DNA of 58,396 bases, the filler included, from Sphacelaria rigidula (lineage: Eukaryota), in NCBI GenBank assembly GCA_964200075.2. It is 5 parts of 5 records of this genome, joined end to end, with 100 filler letters (N's around TTAATTAATTAA, not from the genome) between each part and the next. Parts side by side here need not be neighbours in the genome. Positions count along the whole stretch, not along the records: positions 35,100 to 46,698 come from CAXNAA020004728.1; positions 46,799 to 58,396 come from CAXNAA020004729.1; 3 more parts are not named here. One strand, 5' to 3'. Within the stretch, counting starts at the first letter, position 1; every line of letters starts with the position of its first letter. The translations under genes and the position numbers were made by a program. Shown here piece by piece: positions 36,400 through 49,275 of the stretch. Under the pieces are notes generated by a model. That model made no database searches. It was not told the DNA's origin and saw only the letters and a list, made by a program, of their open reading frames with translations.

Positions 36400-39300
36400 C
36401 GATTCGGCACATTGCCCACTCTAGCGGTCAAGGGGTTGAGAGGTTGTCCAGAGCACATGTAACCGGTTGCTTCATCTGGTGTAATGCACGTTGACTCCCT
36501 GAGTCGAAAATAGTACGCCGCCTGCCATGCATCACGAGCGCCATCTGCAAACCACACCATTGATACAAACTATACCGACCATGGAGGTCTCAAAAAACCC
36601 ATCGGTATGGCTATTCTGAGCTCGGGTGTCACACACAAAGGGTTGAAGAAAAGGCACAATATATACCAGCGAAATGAATTTGACAAAATTGGGCTGAGAT
36701 CCGCACCACGAGTAAAACCCGCGCTTGGTACTCAAGGTGTCGAATTTACTTGATGTGGACGAAAAGATATCACACAGACAATAACAGCACACTGTAACAA
36801 CGGTATCCCGGCAGAACAACCTTCAACTCGTGGTCGTTCAAACAACACCTGAAAAAAACAATTACCCAGCTACTTCGAGCTTTACAACGACAAATGATCC
36901 CCCTACCGCGCTCAATAAGAGCGCCTCAACCATTACGTGGGAGTATACATGGCCACTGCGAGCCATACACTGCGCGAAATCCACGCCTTGCAGAATGAAC
37001 GAGTAAAAAAGTAAAAGAGCCGACATCAGCACATGGTATGTTGGTGACACGTACCACCATACCCTCGACGCAAACATAGCCCAAAGCCCAATCCCAGATA
37101 GAATGAGAACTCTTGGAAGAGGGGGTTTCAAAGGGCACCTTGGCAGATGTGCATTAGCAGAGCCCCTACAGGCTCTGTGCGATGCGGATTTCACCAACAC
37201 GCGTGCGGCGCGCGATAACACTTTGGACGGCCAGCCACCTCAAGATTCGACTCGCGTCCACACTGAACCCCACGTAAGAATTATGGAACATTAATTCGAC
37301 GGTGAACTCCCGTAAAACCTTCTGACTACATATCTTGTGTTCGCGCCGACGTCGGGTACATCTCAACACCAAAGGACACAGATCAATGATAAACCGACTT
37401 TAAACATGCAACAGTTCCAACTTAAACTTACTCCTTATAAATTCACGGAGAGTACAACGGAGGCGTTGCCCATATACAGCAAAACAAACGCCAATGATCA
37501 ACACAATTGCTACCCCCCCCCCCCCACCTCGCTCTTCTCAAGTATATGACTCAACACCCTGTCGTGGAATAATGCCCAGTTGAGTGCAGTCGACGAAGGT
37601 AATTCCCAACGCTAGCGAATGACCTACTCTGCCTTACGCCTGGGGTCTGTCGGTCGTTATCGCCGCACCATATGTCCCGCCACGACCCTTACCAACAACG
37701 AAACTTAACTCCGGCAGTACCAAGGTCACAATCGTAGGAGTTGTACTCGCACAGCCGTACGCATTATATGTACAAGTGAGGGTAACGTACCCTTATTGTT
37801 GTTACGAGCAGTTACAAGGCGCTCCTTGGGCAACAGAAGATACAAAAAGACGTACTTCGCGGCGCGCTCCGCGGGTTTCGCTAACAACGACCTGTATTAG
37901 AAGATGAATTCGCTCGTCAATTTCCACACCAGGCAGCTTCCACATCAATTAAGATAATCTTTCCCGTTCTCATGTACTGCAAGAGGTGCCGCACTTTACA
38001 CTTCTCGATCAAAATCGCGACATTCAGCTCGTTTGTGGGTAATGGGACATTTGTGGCTTGATGAGCACATTGTTCGTACATTTCTAGGCTGGCTGCTGCT
38101 GTTGCTGCTCTTGTGTTTTCAAAAGTGTCATTTGTTTCACGTCCTGAAGCTGAGCGACTTCTTGCTGGAGCTGTTGCTTCTGTTTCTCCGCTTCCTTGGT
38201 CTTCTTCTCCAGTTCGTGCGCCTTTCGCTTCACTTCCTGCGTCACACGCGTAGACATCCATGAAACATTGTACGCCGTTAGAGTGCGAACAGATGAACAA
38301 CCTCCACTCATTTTTCATAAACGAATACGATGTTATTTTAACAGATGGGCACACCTGAGATGCCAAAGGTTGAAACTGCTGTAGGCACCGACAGACATCA
38401 TGAGCCAAAGTGTCTGCGAGCCATACACACGATACCAAGTCAATGCCGACATGTTTGCAATAACAGCATGGGCAGTACCAGATGCGTGGGGCAAGACAGG
38501 CGCGCATTGAATTGCGTGCACTTCTCGTGCTTGTCCTCGGTGCAGTGGAGCTGATGTTTCGAATAAAGGTCAGCAAAACACTGCAGCACTATCCTTTTCT
38601 CGTAAAGCGAGTTCCTGCTTGCTTCAACGTCAGTAAAAACCCTTGGGCTCAGTGGATTCGTGGTAACGCCAACTAACCCAGTCAGTCTCACCTTCTCGTG
38701 CTGTTCGATGAAAGGCTCTACCTCGACGGCCCACTTCTTGTTCCACGCGTCTAGTAGCTGCACCTCCTCCTCCTTGGATCTCTGAGTGAGGCAGAGTAAA
38801 ACGTATGGTGCAAAGTGTTTTGAGGGAATGCATACTGCAATGATTGAAACGCCACAATAGCGGGACGTGACCCCCTTGAGCACCAGACCCCCCCCCTTCG
38901 GCGGAACATTGGAAAACCCACCGGTCGGAATCCATGGCATAGACGATACCTTGCCATTGATAGTGGTGGTCGCAGAGAGGAGGTTCTCACCATGAGCACC
39001 TGGGTCACCGACATGAAAGGTCAGCCATCGATATTGTTCCGAAAGGAGGTATAGAACCGATAGCTTTAACCCTCGGCGCCCATGCTTACTGCGTATATCC
39101 CACAATGATTCACCCAGTACCCTGTTAGGAGACGAGGAGCTGACGGTCTCGAGGATGTAAGAAAGATCCACGACGGTACCTGTATAGATATCCTACAGGT
39201 GGTTTGTGGTCTAGCCATGACGTATATCAAAATAATCATCAACAACATGAGCTCAAAGTCCAAAATAGCCGCACGGGAAGGGGTAGGATGCGTCATACGT

Positions 39301-42050
39301 CACGTGATTATCCAAGTTCCACCACGACAATACGGCCGCACTCACGTAACGGTAGTTTTTAGACTAGAATAGAGGGTCGTTTGACTATTAAATCTTGTGC
39401 TTGGGAGTGATCGACACAGTCAAGCGTGCATGAGTGCAAACCGTAATGTTCACCACTGATATCTCTCGTATGAAACGATCCACGGGTGATCACGGGCGCT
39501 CCAGCAGTTTATGATCATCCAGTCGTGTTCTTCATGTAAAGTTACATGTCCTGCACGTTTCTCCATTCATCAAGAAATGACTGCTGACGCAAATTACGGT
39601 GCATTACAGTGGAGGTGGGAACAGAAAACAATCATCGGGTGTCGCCATGTGAAACAGATTCCATTCAACTTGACAAAGGTGGAAACGAGGAATAAGCTTT
39701 GGATGGCGCCATGGAATTGATAGCTCTTGGCCACAAGTCGTGATGAGGCGGAACCCCAAGGCCATGAAATAAGGACGTAAACAACGGCCCCCTTTCGCCA
39801 TGAATTCAACAAGAGTACGAGTAGTTAACATCATGTACTACTAATTTCGCTCTCTGTGAGGATGGCCATGTCGTTTTTCTGACACCATGGCGAGACACGC
39901 AACCAGATTGCATGGGGAGCTATGAATAGCGGTGTGAGTAATTTCAGCAGTTAAGTTGACTCAAGGCGGTGAAACTGATGAAAATAATTCGCCGCCGGTT
40001 GTTACCGCACCTTCATGCGGATAGTGAGCCTAATGAAGTCTCGTTGGTCGTCGCCCAGTTTCCGCCGGAGGTCCCTGAGCTTCTTGAGCATAATTTGTTC
40101 TTCCCGTTGAGCACTTGATATCCGCTGCTCGAGGTCAGCCTTCGCCTGCATTGAAATGAAAGTCAATGACAGGGAAGAATTTCGAGCAAAAGGCACGGAC
40201 GTGTACTCACGAAGAGCTCATTTTGAGTTCCGCACAAATATGCAGAGGAAAGTAAAAAACACCTAGGTGATCTTGGATGTGGTGTTCTCACCACGCGTGT
40301 TCCATCATGTCACGAAGGAGACAAGTCAGAATTGCAGAAAAGGAGGAAAACAAACGCCTACTCTGAAAGCGGTGGGCACAAGATTTCATGACTTCTGCGT
40401 CCGTTTCCAACTCCAGGATCCCGCCCGCAGATACCGCCACATCATCACTATTGGCACGCGGCCCTCACATTTCCCAAAGAGAGCGCAAGAGCGCTAAAAT
40501 TCTCGGTAATTTCTCCCTTTTCTTCGCGTAATTTGGCGGCGCGGAACGCCAGGCCCGTGATATCGCGTTGCCTTTCACTGTCTGCATCCCGGTCACCGGC
40601 ATCACTGTCGTGCACCCGTGCGTCTGCCTTCCCGTCTTCCTCCTCGTCCTCTTCATCGTCTCCCAATCCAGAAAACCCAGGCAAGGGGCCACGGCTGATT
40701 TGGCTAGCACTCTGTCGAGATAAGCATGTAGAACAACGGGGTCGACGCTAGTGACCATTGCTGTTGGTACGGCGCGGATGTAGCAGCTTACAGAGCACGC
40801 GCATTTGTCATTCTTCAAGGATTGTGCAATGTGAAGGTTGACCCTTGCAGCGATGGAAGTTGCCCCTCAGTCAATTGGAAGTGCAACCGGCGCATATCGA
40901 GATGATGAGAAAGGCTGACCAGATTGATTCGCCGAAGAATGAGACCTGGCACGCGAAGGAGACATGACATCGTGCACGCATTTCTCCAGCAAATGGAAGA
41001 CCAGCTCTTATTATGTAATTTTCAATCATTTCGGCGCGTCTCTACCGTGACGGATTTCCGTTCAAGGTATTTCATCCAGTTATGGTTGATACTTTCCCAT
41101 TTTCCATTCACTGCTTGCGCAAAAATGCGGGATTGTTATAGCTGCACACGCAGAGAGGGTTTGGATATGGTTGTTTCTCGTGTATGTACCCCGGTGAAAC
41201 GTGCGCCATGCGGACACGTGCAAATATCCGTTTGACTTGCAGTATAAGCAATACTCATTTGGACAACGAAACGCGTAAACTGAAGAATGGCTGTCGACTG
41301 AGCTATCAAAAACTACGAGATAGTTTCAAGGCTCATCAAACACTTCATTTTGGCGCCAAGATCCAAGTTTGCACTTCCTCGCCCCTGAGCACTTAAGCGC
41401 GACTCTCCTGGCCTGAACATACTAGGATGATAAAATGATGGCTATGGCCCCCCTCTTGCCACCGCCTTACGCACCTTCAATATTTTACTCGGTGGAGGTA
41501 CCACCTCTCCGCTGGGTAAAGCACTCGTAGGTCGTCCTCGTGTCGCGTCATCGCCGCCGGGATTACTGTCACTATCGCTGCCACTGTCGCTGCTTACGCA
41601 GGACGATAAAGATCCGACGATGCGTACCGTGTGGTAGCGTTGCGCTCTGCTACGATTGTTCGCGGGGTGGCCAGGCGGGTATATTCGACGTTTTCCGACG
41701 ACGGCATGGGTTCCGTCCGACCCATTCGACGCGATAGATTCCGTCTGTATGAGCGCTGTGGCAGCTGCAACGAAATCTCCTCCGCCGTTAGCTGGGCAGG
41801 GGCGCGGTCGTTGAGCCTGCCCTATTGTTGGCTCCCCGGTGGGAGCCGCGAGAACTACAGGGTTCGTGGTGGTACCATTACTGCTCCTGTTGCTGCTGCA
41901 GAGTGCGATCTGCTTCTGTTGCTTCTGTTGCCGTTTTTGCCTTGTCTGGGGCATGCATGAAAACAGGGCTGCAGTGGCGAGGGGGTCTCCAGCATCTCTA
42001 GCGTACATTTGCGCCCGCTTCAACTCGTCCTCGTCGACCTACAGCCGTAA
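36400..42050 (-). pseudogene. Series of decayed intron-containing coding segments of unknown identity, co-oriented with the KDZ-like transposase
   Basis: Exon-like blocks with AG/GT borders and protein-like content broken by stops and frameshifts: 39180-38950 (DIYTGTVVDLSYILE...), 38780-38690, coiled-coil 38300-38090, 40146-40005, acidic 40680-40450, 42037-41442. Confidence 0.45.
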
Positions 42051-42479
42051 GTATGCACAAAGCCCGATGAGAGCAAAGTGATGATGTCCCTCAGTTCATG
42101 CTTCAAAGATGCATGCATTCATTTTTTTAACCCACTGGTTGGGGAACCGGTGAACCAAGAACATAGCGCAGCGCTGTGCTATTCAAGGAGGCACATCAAA
42201 AGGACGATGACGGGTAACCTCACTAGGCAAAAATACGCACACCCAAGGCACCCCAGGTTGAACGATCAACACTGGTTCAACGACCGCTTGGCCAACTCCC
42301 CGTTCCAACAAAGTGCAGGGCAGACGATACCGCATCTACAAAGCCTGAAATTTTGTGCTCTCCACACAACACTTTTAATCCGCGCCCCAAAATGCAAAAG
42401 ATGCCCCAAAGAGCAAAGATTTCCCCCTCAACGGACTACGTGCTTACGTGTCTCGAGGGAACGGAGGACTTCCGTCATG

Positions 42480-45400
42480 GGTGAGAATACAGAAAGGATA
42501 TGCATCAGTCATCATTCAAGAGATCACGATGTATAGTGCACCGATAGTGCGTCATGCTGCAGCAACAAACAGCACCATGACGGCGACTCATTGCACCGAT
42601 TACGAGATTGGGGGTACGATGATAATATTTCAACAGGCAGCATGTCATGGAGAGCTCCGTTTCGGGTATTCAGTAGTGATAGTACAGGAGGTATTTTCAC
42701 GAAGACTTCAAATGGACAGTAGCTGGGGTGCATGAACACCATACAAAACAGTACTGGTTCTGTTAGGATCAACAGTACATTGGGAAACCATCCGTTCCCG
42801 GACACCCGCCTCTTAGAGCAACAGCGTGCAGGCGGCGGCATCGTGACAAGCAAGGAAGTCTCCGACGTTGCAACTCTGAGGCAACACATGTTTCAACACT
42901 CGAGACCCGTGCAAAAGGCCGCCGAAACCTGACCACTGAGGGCCTGTGCTCGTCGTATCATGTCATGATTCGTGCCCGGAAAGACATACCTTGTAGAGAA
43001 TCAGCGTGCACGTGAGTGCGTCGTGGCTGCCCAGAAGGAAGAACTCTCCGAACCGCATATTCCGACCGTGTCCCCATACGTTGAAAGTGCGCCCCGTCGT
43101 GGCGCACCACTTAACCTCAAACCATTTGTCATGGACTCTGAGACAACACATGCAGCCAAGTAGTTCGAACAAGCGAGGCTGAAGATTGGTCATTTCTGAA
43201 GTCAACTATTATCGCGTCAACTCAGCTATTCTGAAGCGTGAACCTTTCTGCAGAATCCCCTAGCTTCTACGCCAGCCATCGCGCCTTCCAATAATATAGG
43301 GAGCAAACACAAGAATGCCGTACCCCACCTGAGCCTCGCGTTTGTATAATGCTGCGAGCAGCGATGTGCTGGGTTTTCGACAGCCCGAGCTACATTCCTC
43401 AAAGATGATACTAGCCGCTAGACATCTTTGCCATGAGGCTTTCGGTTACTCAGGGTTGAAAATTGCGGAACAAGCAGCTCGCGCGAGTATGCCCCATGTG
43501 AGGCATCATCAGGAATTGTCGCCGCACGTTGTTCCAACTACTGGTCAACAAGTATCGCACACGGCGCAAATGCCTCGACTCAGTCCGACAAGCTTGCGGG
43601 ATATACCCACGACAACTCCGATGTACCGGGAGCTTCTGCACGGGGAGTTAGGTAGGACAGTTGTATTTGGCCATTCAGCGTTTTAGTGGGCGTCACATGA
43701 TCATGTGTCGTACTCGAGCAACTAGGTACGCAGCGAAACTCACTCATCCACGACTGAGGTTGCAGGATCTGTGCCGATTGTGTTAGTATAGTTGAAACTT
43801 CCATGGTAGAGTCCGCGATCCATCAACACCATGCGGAACTCGTTCGCCAGTCTGTCCCCGCGCTTGATGCGCCACTTCCCCTGTCACGAAGATAACAATA
43901 TCGTAACACGCCGTGCTATTAGCTGTGGATATGGTACCAAAAGAGGTTGTATATGCTCTCTCTCAAGCATAACGTGGACGCTCACAATCACAGGCCATGG
44001 CGATCTAGCAAGCAAGGGACTTGTGCACTGCAGAAGAGGCGTCAGTGTTGCGAATGAAGCTACTGTAGACAAGCAGAGTGATGACCAACACCGAAAGCTG
44101 ACGGTCCTTTACTGTGAAGTAAGGCATGCAGAACCCTGTCCAAACTGTTTTTTGGTGTCCGCCAATACCCGCGAACATATATGGGTATCTTCCGAAGTCG
44201 GAGGCAATATCTGCAAAAGACTATACCAAGCCCTGCACCTACTGTCCAACAATTAGAGCCACAACCCATGTACAATTCGGCGGAGTATGCTCCACGTGTT
44301 GAGTCAAGAACTGCCAGCACTGGAGTGCACATCAAATTGCGAATCCTTGCAAACCACAGGGAAGAGTGTCGAAAGACGAGGAACGCAAGCACAAGCGCAG
44401 AGATCGGGAATGCGAATCATACGCAGCGAGGTGACGACTTCAAACCAGGCATCGACACGACAACAAGCAACAACCGCCACGATAACTCGTGTAGTCTCAC
44501 GCTACCCACATTCAAACCACGTTACTTATCACTCGTGCCTTGAGGTCTCCGTTGGCAAGAAGCCTCCCCTCGAGCACACAGATATAGGCGCTCGGCATGT
44601 ACTCCCAAAGTGGCTCCTCCATCCGAACTATCTTGCTGCCCTTTTCCTCCAGCCTTGACTCCTTCGACGGGGGAGAGACCAACTTAGCCGACATGTTCGG
44701 CAAGCCTGCAGGGAGCAAATCATGAGGCAAGCGTGTACAGTTATCCCGTGGATGAATTCGCGAAGTCTGTGCACTCTGCAGTGGGACATGCAGTTCTTGA
44801 GGCGTCACTGAATTGACGTGCCCATAACAACGCGGCTGTGGGGCGCGGCAGTTGGGCGGTGTCGCCTTTCGCATGGTGGCCTACAAATTGTCAATGAAGG
44901 TGAAATCAATAGGAACGCGTGGAGATCGTCAAGTTAGGGTCAGGTTAACGTTTTTTCAAGTAGCACAGATTCTGATTGGCCGGGTACAGGGTACAACGTC
45001 GACCGTCACGAAGTGTGATGAACGGCGGTCGTACACGTGGACAAGAAAGCTTTTGATAGGTCAAGAAAGCTTTTGATAGGTTAAACACAGAGAGGCCGAC
45101 GGCATACTCTCGATAGCAACGAACCATTTCTTCCTGGACACTGATGTAAGAGCCCACCGCAAGACCTTGCGTTCTGGTCTAGCTCCATCCAGTAGATTTC
45201 ATTTAATCACCGTATGTTATGGTTGAGCAGATGCACCCTATATATTATATGGACATGATACCCAATCGAAGCAATCTTTGTTACGAGGGCTGTGACAGGC
45301 GTACAACAAGCTCAGCCCCAGCGGAAGATGTGGCTACTTCAGGCTACGTACAGTCGTGAAATATAAATTTCCAATCGGATGAGATGACATGCGAAGTTGT

Positions 45401-45540
45401 TCCATGCGCCTCATATGAAGCATCCAACCCTGTAACGAGTCGACGAAAATAGCGGTGTAAGGTTCGCTCCTATGATGCAGTCTGTGATCAAAGTCTCGTG
45501 ACACCGGGCGTACACAGGTACAGGTCTGACTTTGCACCGC
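42480..45540 (-). mobile_element. Decayed, intron-containing KDZ (Kyakuja-Dileera-Zisupton)-like transposase
   Basis: Ordered minus-strand peptides resemble the KDZ-type core from memory: Cys-rich N-terminal pieces (45540-45100), SRVVMGTSI (cf. vv.DGT), HRCSQHY (cf. C.K.Y), NLQPRLFELLGCMCCLRVHDKWFEV...RTFNV (cf. l.PGlf...C.H....GFe), HDALTCTLILY (cf. YD.AC.L..Y), TEPVLF (cf. REP.fF), NRCNESPSW (cf. N....EQ). Many stops and frameshifts. Confidence 0.5.
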
Positions 45541-46698
45541 GGATCAGAGAGACGGAAATGGAGCTAGGTTTGCGAAGAACAAGAACGTAAATTGGCGGAG
45601 TGTGGCACAGACCGTGCGACTGACGAGTTATATGTGTACGGCCCAGATGGCTAGCATCAAATCAAACGCCACCAGCGCAGACCGACGTGAGGTCGTTCTT
45701 TTGACCCTGCCAAGGGGTGGGGTTGCCCTGGGCATCATCTTTTAAGGCGTGCCGTGGAGTCCGTCTAGACACCGCCTATAGACTCAGCCAAGCCCCTCCG
45801 TGAAAAGCAGACTCAGGTACGACTTTGCACGGGACTTAGAAGGATTACCCTGCCAAGTGAACGGCTTGTCCTGCCGAGTGTAAGCGGGAGCAGTAGCAGC
45901 AGCAGCAGCAGTAGTACTAGTGATTGTCTCTGAGTGGATGGGTTCACTGGCTATGTATCTTCTTGACGTCAGTTTTCACGCATCTTGATGGCAGAGCAAA
46001 AGCACGCACAGGCATCAGAGAAGCGTGCGTTCGGTTACAACTTACCATCAGCACACACCAATGCCTCACCCACAAGGCGTCTGATTCAACACGAAACCTC
46101 GAAGGCTTCCTACACAACCCGAGTACTTATTGGCCCTGTATCAAGTAGCGTTTTGAGCCTCAGGTGTAGTATACTTCACGAAGAGCCGGGTGCTGAACCT
46201 GCATCTGGTTGGCTCAAGATGCAGTTATATTGCCACCACCAGTGTTCAGTATCACTCCCACCCGTTATCGTTTTCCAATCGTGTCCGCTTACCCGTACAC
46301 AAAGTCGTATTCCACCAACTTCAACCCAGATGCATGCCCTACGACCGCACATGGTCCAGATGAACACCCTGCCGACGCAGAGAGCTGACATGGACACCTC
46401 ACCAACGCAGGTACCATGCACACTCCATCAACCCTCATAACATTGACTTCGCCGTCTAAACGCGGAAGCAGTCCCTTGTGGTCCATATATGCCTATAAAC
46501 TACTTTGTGCACTCAGCTATTTCGTCCATACTCTTCGGGTATGAGCTCTCACCCACGAGCCCTAGCGAAGAAAAGAATGCTCTGGTCGCCTAGAGAGAGA
46601 GAGGGGGGGGGGGGGGGGGGGGACTATTTTTTTTGCTTGCTTTAAAATTTCAGCGGATCACCACCCACCCTTTCCGAGAGGGGGGGGGGGGGGGGGGG

Positions 46699-46798
46699 NN
46701 NNNNNNNNNNNNNNNNNNNNNNNNNNNNNNNNNNNNNNNNNNTTAATTAATTAANNNNNNNNNNNNNNNNNNNNNNNNNNNNNNNNNNNNNNNNNNNN
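46699..46798. other. Assembly gap with artificial TTAATTAATTAA linker
   Basis: 100-nt N run with linker. Confidence 0.97.
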
Positions 46799-47149
46799 TT
46801 ATATGTTTGTGTGCGTGTCTCGTTTCGTGTTTGGTTTTATTTTTTTTTTTTGTTTTTTTTTAAAAAAACAAAGAGCGGGGGGGGGGGGGGGGGAGGAAGG
46901 GAGGGAGATTTTTTAGGTAAAGGGTGTCAAGACCACACCCTGGAGAAGAATGACAATATGCTACATTGTCAAAAATGTACTGCGTATTGTGTGGAATATA
47001 TTGCCTGTTGCAAATACACGCTGTAGTCGACAGTGGACGCAGGGAGCTTTCTGACAGTGCAACCCATTGTTCGGGGTGTGGTCGAGATGCCCAGGTTATG
47101 TATGACATAAACAACCTCTGTCGAGACCTGTGTCTTGTCACTCAGGTTG

Positions 47150-47395
47150 ATGCTACGGTAGGGGTGCACAAATATTTTTTGAGGCTAGAATCGTTAGGAG
47201 CCCTTCATCTCATCCAAAACACGAGTTATGAAGTATGTGAGAGTACGCCAGGATTACTATTTCAATGTTCTAGGGGTATCCGAAATGAATTTGCAAACGG
47301 GGATGTCCTGACCCATATTCTCGTGTACCTGGAATCGTTAGGAGCCCCTGAACCAGACAAGATGTTGCGCCAAAAGTGCACCCCTACCGTAGCAT
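47150..47395. mobile_element. MITE (~246 bp) with 20-bp TIRs
   Basis: ATGCTACGGTAGGGGTGCAC / GTGCACCCCTACCGTAGCAT. The internal motif GAATCGTTAGGAGCCC occurs twice. A second copy lies at 1-103. Confidence 0.8.
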
Positions 47396-47889
47396 TGTTT
47401 CTCGGGTTACTGCCGCTGAATTGGCCGAGTAGCTAATATCAACAGCTTTTGGGAACCATTAATTTCTCTTGTTACTGCGGACTAGCCGAGTCCCTACCAG
47501 TGAGTCTTGATTGTGGATGAAACCTTACTCGTTTGAATCGTGTCATATCTTCGATTTCCCCCATGCCGAAGATCATTCTGGGCTCGGTATGGACGCACTG
47601 TGAAGGTCAATCTTTCAGAAGCATAGCCCGGTCATGCCTCTGCTTTTGTGCGAACCAGGATACTTAATTTCGAGGTGTTTGTGACCCTCTTCTCAGGGGA
47701 TTGCCTTATTTCTATGGCATGATAATGAGGGCTCATCCACCAGATTGGCGCACGTAAGGGATGTATATGTATACATCAGAAGTATAACTTAATAGTTTAC
47801 AAACATACCGCAAAGGGTTAACCCCCGGCTCTGCAGTATCGGAAGTCACAGCCGTTAGTAACGGGTCCTATATTTTTACCCATTGCCAC

Positions 47890-47992
47890 CCATTTTCATC
47901 TACTTTCATCCATTATTTGATGAAATATGGATGAAAAATGGATGAAAAATGGACGAAAAATGGATGAAAAGGATAAAAAGGATGAAAAATAA
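47890..47992. repeat. ~11-bp GGATGAAAAAT tandem repeat with inverted copies upstream
   Basis: TGGATGAAAAA units at 47928-47990; TTTTCATC/TTTCATCC at 47893-47911. Confidence 0.8.
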
Positions 47993-49122
47993 AACCGTCA
48001 ATGAGTGCCCTTAGCCTCCGAGTAGTGTCCTATTGTCAGGCCAATTACGCTCTGAAACCTGTGTAGTCCTCCCCGCCAACGACTTTCAGTGAAGAATCTT
48101 CTGCGCAGTATATTTTATATGCAGTAATATTGACATGGCGTGAATCGAGTGGTCTACAGTAAGCAGTAATTGCGGCAGGTACGCACGTGGTACGTTAAGT
48201 CTCTACAGTACGGTACACTACAGTACCCAACAGCACACTACAGAATAATTCACCAAAGTACGATATACACAGCTGAGCTCAGAAGCAGGTGATAAAACGT
48301 CACTGTCAAACCCATCAGGTATTGTAGCACTTACAGATTGCCCGGCATCTCTATTACTGTAGCTTCGGACAGTAACCGAATGATATAAGTAGGTGATAAT
48401 CGAATGGTACAAGCTTTTGTTTTACAAAGTACACTATAGTTCCGCATATAGCACCATGATACATCATAAGTTTCCACAGCACAATTATGACATTTCCGTA
48501 CCCTATTACAGGCAATGCTGTACGTGGCTGTATACCAGTTCAATTCAGTGCATCGCCGCACGGCATACTGCAGTACACTACACTTCATACACTACGGCAC
48601 AGCATACAGCACAACGCGGGGCAGCACAGCACAATACAATGACGCACTTTTCTTTTGCGTATTTATTTGAAAATCTGCGTGTTATGTGCACGAGTCCACC
48701 CAACGCCTGGCTGAATCTATGCACTAGGGTAGGGCGAAAAAAAAAGCGCGTGTTGTCTTCTCTTTCTCAGCGATCTCTCACGAATGTGTTCAGTCGTACA
48801 GTACGCAAGGAAAACATGGTTGTCTTCCCTCCAGAATCACGGTCGGTTGTCCACATTATCCCCATATAACTATTTTCTCACCGCTGCACCTCGTTGTTGC
48901 AATATATCTTGGGTTGATCGGCTGGTCGTTTCAAGCTATACCAGGGATGATGAGAGAAAGAGTACGATCCCCGGTTGTGTGCATCGCCGAGGGCGTTACT
49001 GAATGAAACAAACTTCATTTGAGCTACCTCCCCACACTCCTTGGAAACGTCTCGGCTGCTTTCGTGTTCCGGCACCATTTTTACTTTCATTGCATCGCCA
49101 TTTCCTTCCGGAACAGGTTACC

Positions 49123-49275
49123 ATGGATGATAGCGGTGGCGAAGCTACCGGGCGACGATTAGGAGATGGGGGCGGGGCAGGGGGGGCGGATGGGAGTTCG
49201 GCACTGCTGTCTCGAGAACCGAGCCTTGGGATGATACGTCGGGGGAACATGCTACGCGAACGAAAACCTTCAATC
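49123..49275 (+). CDS. Isolated probable coding exon (MDDSGGEATGRRLG...), gene unidentified
   Basis: Acceptor-like GAACAG just upstream, ATG, Gly-rich open frame and a consensus GTAAGT donor at 49276. No downstream exon found. Confidence 0.35.

Noticed and set aside
39460..39834. DNA adenine methylase-like words (FLFPPP, WIVSYE)
   Set aside because: The motifs come from separate broken segments across an apparent intron, with no true DPPY or SAM-binding motif.
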